The notes under the pieces: model-generated
Seen by the model: only the letters and a program-made list of their open reading frames with translations
The model's database searches: none
What the model was told of the DNA's origin: nothing
Made by a program: the position numbers and the translations under genes
Assembly (NCBI GenBank): GCA_043739785.1
Contig: JAYUDN010000024.1
Location: 3,535-67,534, forward strand
DNA: 64,000 nucleotides
DNA from: Candidatus Altimarinota bacterium
GTDB taxonomy: Bacteria > Patescibacteriota > Gracilibacteria > BD1-5 > UBA2023
Reading direction: 5' to 3'
Shown here: one piece after another, positions 33,747 through 44,716 of the stretch
Layout: the number at the start of each line of letters is the position of its first letter
Position numbering within the stretch: position 1 is the first letter of the stretch

Positions 33747-36700
33747 ATGTTCCCAATGACAAAAGATCTTGAAAATTTCCTCAATGATAAGATCACAGAC
33801 TATTCTCAAATCGGAAAACACGCCGGAAAGAAAGATATTACCGTCGGAAAAAACCTCGATAACCTCGCGGCGATTTCTGTAGGTCTTGCTTCGAAAGAAG
33901 ATGTCCGCGCCCTTTCATACGGAGAAGTCCTGATTTCCGAGACGATCAATTATCGAACTCAGCGTCCAGAACGAGGAGGACTCTTCTGTGAACAGATATT
34001 TGGCCCACGAAAAAACTACGAATGTGCGTGTGGAAAATACAAGCGTATCCGGTACAAGGGAGTTATCTGTGAGCGATGTGGAGTCGAAGTGACCACGAGT
34101 CAGGTTCGACGACAGCGTACGGGTCATATAGAACTTGCGGCTCCGGTCGCTCATATCTGGTATCTGAAGTCAGTCCCATCTCGTATCGGACTCCTTCTTG
34201 ATATTTCCGTGAAGAAACTCGAACAGATTGTTTATTTTGCTTCCTATATCGTGACGGAAGTCTACGAAGAGAAGCGTGATGAGGCAATGCGAGAACTCGA
34301 GAATGCCTATAAGAACCAGAAGATCAATGTTCAGCGTGACCTTCAGGAAACGATGAATCGACTCAACCTCGAACTCGCAGAAGGAAAACTCTCAAAAAAG
34401 GAATTCGCAGAGCTCGAGAATATGCATACACATAAACTCGATGAGCTTGATGTCGAATACGCCAAGCTTCGAGACCTTCTTAAGGTGATCCGAGTAGCAG
34501 AAGTCATCGGAGAACTCGACTACCGTATCCTCTATGAGAAATTTCCACATGTATTCAAGGGGGGAACGGGTGCTGAGCACCTCAAGACTCTTCTAGAACG
34601 TATCAATCTTCGAGATTTTATCGCGACCGAACAAGCAGAGCTCAAGACCGCTCCGAAGAGTCGTCAGAAGAAAATCCTCCAGAAACTCAAACTTGCGTCA
34701 TCACTCTTCAAGAGCGGACAACGTCCTGAGAACTTCATCCTCACAGCACTCCAGATCCTTCCACCGGATCTCCGTCCGATGATCCAGCTCGACGGAGGAC
34801 GATTCGCGTCTTCAGATCTCAATGATCTCTATCGACGTGTGATCAACCGAAACAATCGACTTCGTAAGCTTACCGAACTCGGAGCACCAGATGTCATCCT
34901 CAAAAATGAAAAACGTATGCTTCAGGAAGCGGTCGATATGCTCGTCAATGGTGATGTGCGTTCGAACCGTCCTGGATATACGAGTGCCACTAAGAAGAAG
35001 CTCAAGTCGCTCGCGGATGTTCTCAAGGGAAAGCAGGGACGATTCCGTCAGAATCTCCTCGGAAAGCGAGTAGACTACTCTGGTCGTTCCGTTATCGTCG
35101 TCGGTCCAGAGCTCGAGATGAATGAGTGTGGACTTCCGAAATCTATGGCGCTCACCCTCTTTAAACCATTTGTCATCGGTAAACTCATCGCGAGTGAGAT
35201 GGCGTACAATGTAAAACACGCTGAAAAAACGATCGAAGAAAAAGGAAAAGAAGTCTGGGATGCCCTTGATGAAGTCATCGAAGGAAAATACGTCCTTCTC
35301 AATCGAGCACCGACTCTCCACCGACTCGGCATCCAGGCATTTCGCCCAGTACTTATTGATGGAAAGGCGATTCGTCTTCATCCACTCTGCTGTACCGCCT
35401 TCAACGCGGATTTCGATGGAGATCAGATGGCAGTTCACCTTCCTCTTACGATGGAAGCCCAGGAAGAAGCTGGAAGACTCATGGTCACGTCAAAGAATAT
35501 GCTCAATCCTTCAAACGGTGAGCCGATCGTCGCCCCTTCCCAAGATATGATCCTCGGGTGTTACTACCTCACGAAGATCGATCCGGGAGAACCAAAGCAT
35601 GCTTTTGCTTCTGGCGAAGACAGTATGGCAGCGTATGAAAATAAGGTGATAACCCTTCATACTCCGATCAAGCTTCGAATCGATGGGAAGATCATCGATA
35701 CGACCTACGGACGATTCCTCTTCAATGAAATCCTCCCGGAGTCACTCGGATTCGTCAATGAAACCATCGGAAAGAGTGCCGCGAAGAAGCTCCTCTCTCG
35801 AGCCTTCGATATTCTCGGAGGGGAAGATACTGCATTTCTTGCCGACCGTATCAAAACTCTTGGGTTCAAGTATGCGACGCTTTCAGGTCTTACGGTTTCT
35901 ATTTTCGATATGATCATCCCGGTAGAAAAAGATGGATTTATCGAAGAGGGGGAGACGAAAATCAAGGAAATCCAGAAGGCCTTCTGGCACGGACTGGTGA
36001 ATGAAGATGAGCGCTATATCCAGTCTCTCAAGATCTGGTCTGAGTCGAAGGGGAAGATCGAAAAAGAGATGAAAAAGAATTTTACTCCATCGAATCCGAT
36101 CTACAACCTCGTCGACTCCGGAGCTCGAGGAAACTGGGGAAATGTTACACAGCTTTGTGGGATGAAGGGGCTCGTCGTATCTCCAACCGGAAAGACGATC
36201 GAACTCCCAATCAAATCCAACCTCAAGGAAGGATTCTCCACTCTCGAATACTTTATCGCGACACATGGATGACGAAAAGGAAAGGCAGATACGGCCCTCA
36301 AGACCGCTCAGTCTGGATACCTGACACGTCGTCTCGTCGATGCGGCTCAGAATATCCTCATTCGAGAGAATGACTGTCACACGGTTCACTACGAAGAATT
36401 CGATCGAAGTGAGTCGACGACCCTCTTCGGAGATACGTTCGAAAATAAGATCTATGGAAAATTTACCGCGAAGGACGTCCTCGATTCGAAGGGATCCGTG
36501 GTTCTTGAATCCGGAACCCTGATTGCAAAGCTCGAGCTCAAGAAAATACTCGACAGTGATGCTCGACTCGTCGCCGTTCGTTCGGTCCTCACTTGTGAGA
36601 CAGAAGAAGGAGTGTGTCAGCAGTGTTATGGTCTTGACCTCGCTTCGAATGCGATGGTGAAGATCGGTACCCCGGTCGGTATTATCGCCGCTCAGTCTAT

Positions 36701-37748
36701 CGGAGAACCTGGAACCCAGCTCACGATGCGAACCTTCCACTCGGGAGGAGTTGCAAAGGAAGGAGGAGATATCACGGCCGGTCTATCTCGAGTGGAAGAG
36801 CTTTTCGAAGCTCGTAACCCGAAGTATCTGGCTGAAATCGCCCCATTCCCATCACAAATCGCCCTCATCGAACGAGAAGGAAACCATATGACCGTCACCA
36901 TTTCGGCCACTGATCTTCAGAAACGAGAGTACTACCTTTCGGATGAGACAATGGTCTGGACGGTTGCCAAGGGAGATACCGTAGAGGAAAAACAGATTAT
37001 CGGAAAGAGTAAAGAAACAAAACAGAAGGTCCAGTCACTCAAGGCTGGACGAGTCGTGAAAATTCAGGATGCGACTATTACGATAGAAGATACGATCGCG
37101 GAGTCGGTGACCTATACGGTTCCTGCCGGTCGAAACCTTCTCGTGAAGGAAGGAGATATAGTCAAAACGGGAGCGAAGCTTACGGAAGGACATATCTCTA
37201 TCCAGTCACTTATGGAAGTCGGAGGATCGCTCGCGACGGAAATGTATATCGTCAATGATATCAAGGAAATCTATGCCTCTCAAGGACAAACCGTTAATGC
37301 GAAGCATATCGAGCTCATCACTCGTCAGATGTTCTCGAAGATCAAGATTACCAATGCGTGAGACTCTACCTTCTTCCCTGGAGATATCGTCGACATCATC
37401 CGCTACAAGAAGGAAAATCGTGAACTCTCGAAAAATGGACTTGCCGAAGCGATCGGAACACCTCTCCTCCTCGGACTCACGAAAATCTCTCTCTTTACGG
37501 AGAGTTGGCTCTCCTCAGCATCATTTCAGGAGACAGTTCGAGTACTCGTCGAGGCTTCCACCTCTCGAAAGATCGACTACCTCGATGGACTTAAGGAAAA
37601 CGTTATCATCGGACGCCTTATCCCGACCCTTCAATACTTCGATAACAATCGAGACGTCGGAGAGTTCTTCTCACACAAGGATGATGGGAACTATGTCGAT
37701 GACTATCAGGAACTCGAGATTACGACATCAAGTACGAGTCTCGTCTAG
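33747..37748 (+). CDS. rpoC: DNA-directed RNA polymerase subunit beta prime
   Basis: Track ORFs 33747..36272, 36498..37361 and the tail share a frame and join at TGA 36270-36272 and 37359-37361. Motifs include the zinc-binding CxC..CxxC region, NADFDGDQM and ..[25 protein letters not shown]... The stop is TAG 37746-37748. Confidence 0.97.
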
Positions 37749-37789
37749 TTCACATTTTTTCACAAAACAAATAAAAGCTTTATAAAAAT

Positions 37790-37819
37790 TCCCCTCGGTC
37801 AGGAGGGGATTTTTTATTT
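37790..37819 (+). terminator. Rho-independent terminator after rpoC
   Basis: Stem TCCCCTC / GAGGGGA with loop GGTCAG, then TTTTTTATTT. Confidence 0.6.
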
Positions 37820-37891
37820 CCAAAAATTCTTTTGCTTTTTATAAAATATTATGTATTGTATATTTGAAATTGATTTATAACCCTTTAAAAT

Positions 37892-39343
37892 ATGAAAAAT
37901 GTACTCCATATTTGACTGATTACAGTCTCGAGTTTCCTTGTTATTACTTTCTCACTTTTCTCGAGTCCTTCATATGGTGCGACAGAGAGTCCTACTAGGA
38001 TCGCAATAGAAACGGTCGATACCTATATTGCAGGCCTCAAGGCAAACTATGCTTCTTCGAGCGAAATCGTACGCCAGCTTCAGGTGCTCCGAGACGGATA
38101 CGTCGCTCGTAAGTCACTCCGTACCTATACGGGGAATCTGAAACTTCAGATTGATGCGATGATCACAGTCATCGATGATACGATTGCTGAATATGGAGGG
38201 GCATCTCAGACGACGAATCCAACTCCTTATTCGTATACTACCCCGAAGAGCAGGTATACTCAAGACCCTTATCGGGTGATAGATCGCGGTATCTATATAA
38301 GAGGAACGACCAATCAAAATGGATACTACAACCCGAATACTCCGACTCCTCCAGTTTACTATCCTCCTGTATCCGGAAATCCTCGTTATATCTCAGGTCT
38401 CAGTAGTGTCGTTCTTGTCGAGAACGGATCGAATCCCTATATGGCGTATGGATTTACCTTTGTGAATTCATCGAATTTCTCGAAGGAGTATGATATCTAT
38501 GACTTTGCCTTTCAGAATAATATCAACACTGCGCAGCCTATATCTTCGACGTTTCTTCCTGTTTCTCTGGTGCGAGAAGTCTACTCACAGAATAATACCA
38601 AGATTTCCACTTCCTTCGGAGTCGAGAGTAGCGCCAATAGAGTTCTCACGATTCGAAATACGGCAGAGATCGTGAACAGAAGCTCAAAATCAAGCGCAGT
38701 AATCACGAGTTCTACCTCACTCTACCACTACCTGAACTACCTTTCGGTTTCGACGTCGACCAACCAAACCTATACGAACTATCGACTCTTTATCGCCAAG
38801 GATAATTCCGAAGCCTTTATCGTCGAACACACACAGCTGACTTCCACTCGCTCTACTTCCAATCCTGGAACGACGGGAGTTCTTGGACTCGATATTGGTT
38901 CATTTACCTATGGAAATGCTGGATACCTGACCCATGCTTATAGAAGTCCATCCACCAACAAACGATATAAAGAGTATCTTATGACTCCCTACAATAATAC
39001 CAATATATCGAATCTGATGATGAACCTAGACCTCAGTAACACCACTTACTCGAATGAGACGATGACCTCTCCGATGTATACCCTCGGATCTCGCAATTTT
39101 ATCACGACGACCAATGGATATACCATAAAGTCAGGAGGTATCTCGAAGCTCGAATCTTTCTTTTCCTACTCGAATCCTTCGATTACCGCTCTCTCTGGTC
39201 GAACCTTTTCATTCTCTCCGATAGGGGATACGACTTTCCAGAACTCGAAACTCAGCGATAGTACTTACCGACAGTATCGTCTGTTGGTCGCTGAAGATGG
39301 TTCTGATGCTCATCTCACGGAGTATATAGAGAAGTATAACTAA
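37892..39343 (+). CDS. Secreted S/T/N/Y-rich protein with an internal duplication (483 aa)
   Basis: ATG 37892 (MKNVLHI-G-LITVSSFLVITFSLFSSPSYGA, signal-peptide-like) joins track ORF 38084..39343 in frame. Both halves end with a Y-R-L-[FL]-[IV]-A-x-D-x-S-[ED]-A motif. Confidence 0.65.
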
Positions 39344-39361
39344 CTGATAGAATAGTATAAA

Positions 39362-39392
39362 ATATCCCCACCTCGGGGGTATTTTATTTTAC
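39362..39392 (+). terminator. Putative terminator
   Basis: Stem ATATCCCC / GGGGGTAT with loop ACCTC, followed by TTTATTTTA. Confidence 0.45.
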
Positions 39393-39447
39393 TTTTTCCG
39401 CATTTTTCGAATAATGGAGGTGAGCTCGTACTATTGGTTTAATTTAC

Positions 39448-40224
39448 ATGACCGTTCGAATCCATCCATCTTGGCAGAGAGTATTGGCTCCAGAGTTTGA
39501 CAAACCGTACTGGAAAGAGCTTACCGATTTTGTAAAAAATGAATATTCACAATATAGCTGTTTTCCGATCGGGAAGGATATTTTGCGTGCCTTCGATATG
39601 ACCCCATTCGAATCGGTAAAGGTCGTCATCCTCGGACAAGACCCATATCATACAGCGTATACGGTTGAAGGTTGAAAGTTGAAAGTTAGAGGTTGAGAAA
39701 GTTTGAATAACTCTCAAGAAGAAATTGGAATGCTTTCGCTTTCAGAACAAGAAATGATAGAGCAGTATCCAAAATATGCGGCTATGGGGCTTTCCTTTTC
39801 GGTGCCGAGTGGTTCGAAATCACAACCCAGTCTCACCAATATTTTCAAAGAACTACAGAGCGATCTTGGTATCACTCGAACCAATACGGATCTATCTGAC
39901 TGGGCAGAGCAGGGAGTGCTCCTCCTCAATGCGGTCCTTACCGTTCGATCTGGAGAAGCCGCTTCTCATCAAGGGAAAGGATGGGAAATTTTTACGGATA
40001 TGGTCATTCGACAGCTCTCCGAGAAACGAGAGGGGATTGTTTTTATCCTCTGGGGAAAGTATGCCATCTCGAAATCCTTACTTATCGATTCGTCCAGACA
40101 TTACGTACTCACGAGCCCTCATCCTTCACCATTCTCGGCTTATACGGGATTTTATGGTTCGAAACCCTTTTCAAAAGCCAATACCTACCTCGAAAAAAAC
40201 GGGAAATTACCTATAGCATGGTAA
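39448..40224 (+). CDS. ung: Uracil-DNA glycosylase (family 1) carrying a roughly 40-codon in-frame insertion
   Basis: Track ORFs 39448..39675 and 39703..40224 share one frame. ..[10 protein letters not shown] is followed by [insert], then [51 protein letters not shown]... Confidence 0.85.
39652..39780 (+). other. In-frame repeat-containing insertion within ung
   Basis: The insertion lies between GQDPYH and the A.GL.FSV block, which are normally about 5 residues apart. It contains heptads GGTTGAA GGTTGAA AGTTGAA AGTTAGA GGTTGAG (39663-39697). Both of the gene's TGA codons (39673, 39694) lie here. Confidence 0.6.
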
Positions 40225-40301
40225 TTCTAAAAAGATTGTACATTGACTCGGTATTGTATATAGTTTATGAGTTTAGTTTTATTTTCTATTATTTTTTCGA
40301 T

Positions 40302-41339
40302 ATGAAAAAATTTCTCTTCTTCCTTCCACTTCTATTTTTATTCTCGAATACCTTTGCGTCGGATAGTCCGGTGATGGATATATATACATGATCCGGAACC
40401 CCTTGCCAACTGAACAATTCTTATGCGTATGATGTAGGAAGCTTGCAGTATGCTTGTGTAGTAGAAAAGAAGGGAGGAGAAAGTGTACTGAACCTCAATG
40501 GAAAAGAAAATAATGCATATACCTGAGTTGAAAGTGTCGCTTTTTGAAACTCCGGAACACTGATACTTTATCTCAATAAGGGGAAACTGTACTCAATCCT
40601 ATATGGAAACTACCAGTCTCCCTGGTACCCGTTTACTCCTTCTATACAGAATGATGCAAGTGGGAACTTTGTCATTACAGCAGAGGATAGTGATGGATAT
40701 TTATGGATATATAATGGAAAGGAAGTCGGAATTGGACTTCCTCAATACCCTTTCGTGTTAAGTGATACATTCAATTTACCGATTGTTTTTGAATCCACTT
40801 CAGATAAGAGCTGGTATGATCACGTATATCTCTGAGATACAGAGATACTCACCGAGTACTCTCATTTCATCTACGAAGGAACCTACCTGAAAAAATCGAA
40901 AAATACTGTGGTGCTCTTGGCTCGAAAGGGTGAACATACAGTGCTCATTGCCTTGAATGAAGATTTCTCCGTATCGAAGCTTGCCGAAGTTCCATACGAT
41001 CTTTATGAATATGCTCTTTTTGCTATGAATTATGACCATCCATCACAATTTGCCTTTGTGGTAAAAGATAGAGAACGCTACCGCATCGTTTCCAATGGTT
41101 GACGGGTCTCAGGCTTGTACGATAGTGTCGATAGTCTCTCATATGATACGGGGTTCTGACTGTTTAAACAAGTCACAAAAGGTGGAAAAGATTATTTCTC
41201 AATTGGGAATATTGGATATGGACCCTACGATACAGTTAGTTACCCCCTTACCACTTCAAATAGGGTTCATTGGTACATAACAGTTTCGAAGTGAGGAAAA
41301 GACTATATGGTGATCGATGGAAGAGAAGTCGCATTCTAA
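40302..41339 (+). CDS. Secreted protein with WG/KWG-like beta repeats (345 aa)
   Basis: ATG 40302 (MKKFLFFLPLLFLFSNTFA/SD, signal peptide). The frame joins track ORF 40908..41102 across TGA codons and ends at TAA 41337-41339. It has repeated ..G.YD.V.. and ..GGKDY..I.G.. units. Confidence 0.55.
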
Positions 41340-41417
41340 AACTTGAGAATATCTTTCGAAATAAAATTTGCATTTTTCTCTTTTTCCCCGATAATGAAAT
41401 TATTCTAATACCAACTT

Positions 41418-42188
41418 ATGAAATCCTTCCCTATAGTATCAGTACTTGCGACGATCCTCGCGATGCTCGTTTCTGAATATATATTTCACTTTCCTTCGAG
41501 GATGCTCCATGATGGCGGTGCGCCACTTGTACAGGTAAGCCTTCCAGGAGTCACCGAAGTTGTTATGACTCCGACTCCTCCGAAAGGAGAAACCGTCTAC
41601 TGTACGGCGGAGTATGCTCCAGTCTGCGGCTGAGATAGCATCACCTATCCGAATGCCTGTGAAGCTGGTCGTTCTCATGCTACTGTTGCCTATACGGGAA
41701 CTTGTGATAACAGAAAGATAGAAAAGCCCCTCTATGAAGAAGTTGTATCCACTGGCATGACAGATTCAGGTTCGACGGTATCCGGATCAACCGGATCGGT
41801 TATCTCCGTAGTGACTCCCACTCCACTCACGCCATCTGAGACCGCTTCAGGGGCTCCGATTTTTGATACGGGATCGTATCATATCTATGCGAATAATTCT
41901 CTCAATTATGGATTCGCCCTTCCGAAGTATACCTACTACCAGGGGTATGGGGTACGAGACAGTGCCGCTCATACGATGGCGGTCTCCCTCACAGCGACCG
42001 GGATTGACACCTTCGATACCGCAGATGTCCGCATCTGGTACTACCGCAAGCTTCCAGCTGATACCACCGGAAAAAAGGTGATCAATCTCCTCGATGGAGG
42101 GATCGTCCTCATTGCTGGAGACGAAGCAAATCCACGAGTTGCGAAGATCATAGAAACGATCGAGCAAAGTACGAAGAATCTCCAATAA
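41418..42188 (+). CDS. Membrane-anchored or secreted protein with a Kazal-type inhibitor-like domain
   Basis: Track ORFs 41418..41633 and 41757..42188 join at TGA 41631-41633. ..VYCTAEYAPVCG-G-DSITYPNACEAGRSHATVAYTGTC.. fits the Kazal core C-x7-C-x6-Y-x3-C-x14-C. There is an N-terminal hydrophobic anchor. Confidence 0.55.
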
Positions 42189-42190
42189 CT

Positions 42191-42219
42191 AAAATCCTCC
42201 CGATTCGGGAGGATTTTTT
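42191..42219. terminator. Bidirectional rho-independent terminator between convergent genes
   Basis: AAAA, then stem ATCCTCCCG / CGGGAGGAT with loop ATT, then TTTTT. Confidence 0.7.
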
Positions 42220-42246
42220 GAATGTTTCTTGGCAGCCGAAAGGATA

Positions 42247-42897
42247 TTATTTTTTTCGAGCGAGGATTAAGTGGTTTGTCCTTTCTACTTTCTCACAGAC
42301 GGTGACTTCGAATCAATGTTTGTCGAGCTCAGTAATTATCGCATCAAACAGTACCATATCGGTCGTACTTGCCATTGTATTGAATATAATTTGCTTTTCT
42401 GAGCTTGAAATACGAAGTATATTTTCCCAGAATATAGCATCAAAAAATACTAAAGGTACTTGGTTGTTGATAAACAGGTCTATAATAATAAGTCCGTAGG
42501 CATCCTCAGTGTTCGCTACATACGTATACGCATCCTGACAGAGAATCTCCGTATTTACATAGCTATCGAGGGCAAATTCCTTCCTCGCGATCTCGATGAT
42601 GACCGGATCGATATCGACCGCTCTGAGGAGATTCGGAAGGTGAAATTCATTCCGAATAAGTTCAATGACTGATCCAGCTCCGAGTCCGAGGAGGAGGATA
42701 TCTTCACTACCTCGGAAATCAGCCTCTCGAAGGGCAAATCGCATGATTCGATGGAGTGATCCATACGAATAGTTTGCATCTCGAGTATTCAGCTTCTTCT
42801 TTCCTCTGAAAAGTACGATTCTCAGATCTCCATTATAGACTGATCTTATAGTGGAAACAATAGCAAAAAAATAGCTCAAAGGGATTTTGATCCTCAT
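42247..42897 (-). CDS. Class I SAM-dependent methyltransferase / spermidine synthase-like protein
   Basis: Track ORF 42313..42936 reads through TGA 42313-42315 to TAA 42247-42249. ..ILLLGLGAGS..AVDIDPVIIEIARKEF..QDAYTYV..YGLIIIDLF.. is a Rossmann MTase/spermidine synthase pattern. ATG 42897 was preferred. Confidence 0.55.
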
Positions 42898-43035
42898 AGG
42901 TTGGGGGTTTCGAGTCAGCGAATCTATCGAAATCAACGTATTAGAATACTAGAATGAATGTACCATCAAAATCAAGAAATGAGCATTTTTATCTTACTAC
43001 TATGAGAAGCAAAGTACTATGTTACTTGAAAGAGT

Positions 43036-43254
43036 CTATCTTCCTCGTGCGGCAGATCTGCCTGGACGCTGTTTACTTGGTGGGTTCATCGCGGTGTGAC
43101 CTTTACCACTGAACTTTCCCATACTCTGTGGACCAAATCGAGTGACCTTTTGGATGGGGATGTGTGGCTTCGGGATTTCTTCGACGATGGCTTCTTCGAC
43201 TATTACTTTTTCTTTCGGGTCTTGTTCGACTGGAGTTGATTTTGCTTTTGGCAT
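43036..43254 (-). CDS. Small basic hypothetical protein (72 aa)
   Basis: An intact standard ORF with ATG 43254 and TAG 43036-43038. I recognise no family. Confidence 0.35.
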   Translation of the reverse strand: MPKAKSTPVEQDPKEKVIVEEAIVEEIPKPHIPIQKVTRFGPQSMGKFSGKGHTAMNPPSKQRPGRSAARGR

Positions 43255-43307
43255 AGATGGAAATTATATACCATAGCATTTTATCCGTAAATATATTTTT
43301 GTAAATA

Positions 43308-43649
43308 CTATTTCACTTTGTTGGACCTTGGAGGTTTTTTGGAACTTCATCATTTTATTGGCTTTTTTACTGCCCGATTCGGCACATTAGCAAGGTCGAA
43401 TGGTTCAGCAAGAATACCTATAAAAGGCTTGAAAACGAGACTCGGAGTGACAGCTTGTCTACACCGTGCTTTGATCCATGCGATTATTACTTTCGGAAGA
43501 TCCCCTGTAAGGATTCTTGTCTCTTCTCGTACTCGTTTGGTTACCCGTTCGACTAAATTACTTTTGCCACCAGTTTCATATTCCTGATGTACGATTCGAG
43601 TGACATCATGATGGGTATAGGGTTCGAGAATCTGTTTTTCAGTAGCCAT
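43308..43649 (-). CDS. Hypothetical protein, paralog of the 43913..44197 gene
   Basis: Track ORF 43350..43649 reads through TGA 43350-43352 to TAG 43308-43310. It shares ..EP[FY]..DV.RIV..E..G..L..RV..KVRE..R....LP..V.AWI..C.Q...P..F...LAE..DLA..P with the upstream gene. Confidence 0.5.
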
Positions 43650-43798
43650 AAGAGGTGATAATCTACATCATTGTAGCTTGAAATATGGGAAGTCAATTTC
43701 CGTTAGCTTATCTGGTATAGTTAGTATTTTTCTCTTCTTCTGCAGCCTACTTAGAATGGAGGAAATCTCAGGAACTTTTTTGTAAGGAATAAACCACT

Positions 43799-44014
43799 CT
43801 GTTTCTACTGTATCTTTCATGGAAGTGAGGCAAGATCAATAGCTTCAGCGAGTTTACCACGAAACATCTTTCTTGGTGCTTCTGGTAATGTATATTGTAG
43901 ACAAATCTGTTTCTACTGTATCCTTCATGGAAGTGAGGCAAGATCAATAGCTTCAGCGAGTTTACCACGAAACATCTTTCTTGGTGCTTCTGGTAATGTA
44001 TATTGTAGACAAAT
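43799..44014. repeat. Direct tandem duplication, 2 x 108 bp with one mismatch
   Basis: Unit CTGTTTCTACTGTATC[T/C]TTCATGGAAGTGAGGCAAGATCAATAGC..GTAGACAAAT occurs at 43799-43906 and again at 43907-44014. It duplicates the 3' end, including the stop codon, of the 43913..44197 gene. Confidence 0.85.
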
Positions 44015-44197
44015 CTGGTGTATCCAAGCTCTCACACGTTCTGGGAGAGGAGCCTCAATCAGGCGCATAGTTTCTCGAACCTTTGCGATTACTCGAGGCT
44101 TCAAATCTTCTATTCCATCCGATTCTGCTTGTTCCGATACTATTCTTTCGACATCGAGATAATGAAAGGGTTCTCGGACTTCATTGCGTATAGACAT
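43913..44197 (-). CDS. Hypothetical protein, paralog of the 43308..43649 gene
   Basis: Track ORF 43925..44197 reads through TGA 43925-43927 to TAG 43913-43915. Confidence 0.5.
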
Positions 44198-44250
44198 ATA
44201 ATAAAATTTAGAATAGCATTATACTATATAAATTACTTTGTCAATAAAAT

Positions 44251-44631
44251 CTACCCAATCCTCTTGCTCATCTTCGAGATGATATTGTTCGCGCGCTCGA
44301 TTTCGACGGACTCCGCGGAGTGGATGATATCGGAACAGAACTCTTCAGCACGGGTGATGGCTTCGGCAAGCTTCGCTTCACCACCTGGCGCGATAGCGAC
44401 ATAGCTCACTCGAGCATCGCCATCATGGGCTTCACGACGTACGAGGCCAACCTTCTCCATCGGGAGGAGGAGTCGGGTAATTCCTGAAGCGGTAAGGCCT
44501 ATAGTATCCGCAAGATCCACCCCTCGCATATGGTTGCCGTCAGCTACCGAGAGGGCATAGAGGATGAGAAAAACCGACCATCCGAGTCCTCCGAGCTTCG
44601 CGTCAAGTCGTCTAGAGAGAATCGTCTCGAT
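44251..44631 (-). CDS. MarR-family transcriptional regulator (start uncertain)
   Basis: Track ORF 44251..44529 encodes only ..DLADTIGLTASGITRLLLPMEKVGLVRRE..DARVSYVAI.PGG.. (wHTH and wing). The same frame stays open upstream and encodes ..ETILSRRLDAKLGGLGWSVFLILYAL.., the expected helices 1-2. That extension contains no ATG, GTG or TTG, so the start may be ATC or ATT near 44631. Confidence 0.55.
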   Translation of the reverse strand: METILSRRLDAKLGGLGWSVFLILYALSVADGNHMRGVDLADTIGLTASGITRLLLPMEKVGLVRREAHDGDARVSYVAIAPGGEAKLAEAITRAEEFCSDIIHSAESVEIERANNIISKMSKRIG

Positions 44632-44699
44632 ACGAGAGAGGGAGATGAAAAGTGAGAGGGTAGGTGAGAGGGAAGACAGAAAAAATTCTTGATAAATAG

Positions 44700-44716
44700 T
44701 TGACTAATCAAGTCAA
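44700..44716. promoter_or_regulatory. Palindrome TTGACT-AATCA-AGTCAA, candidate MarR operator overlapping a -35 box
   Basis: A perfect 6-5-6 inverted repeat immediately upstream of the marR reading frame. Confidence 0.35.

Noticed and set aside
34812-36740. Long minus-strand ORFs 34812..35438 and 35883..36740
   Set aside because: They lie antisense to rpoC and have low-complexity Ser/Arg-rich translations. They are shadow ORFs.
43799-44014. CRISPR-like repeat
   Set aside because: There are only two contiguous 108-bp units with no spacers. This is a tandem duplication of coding sequence.
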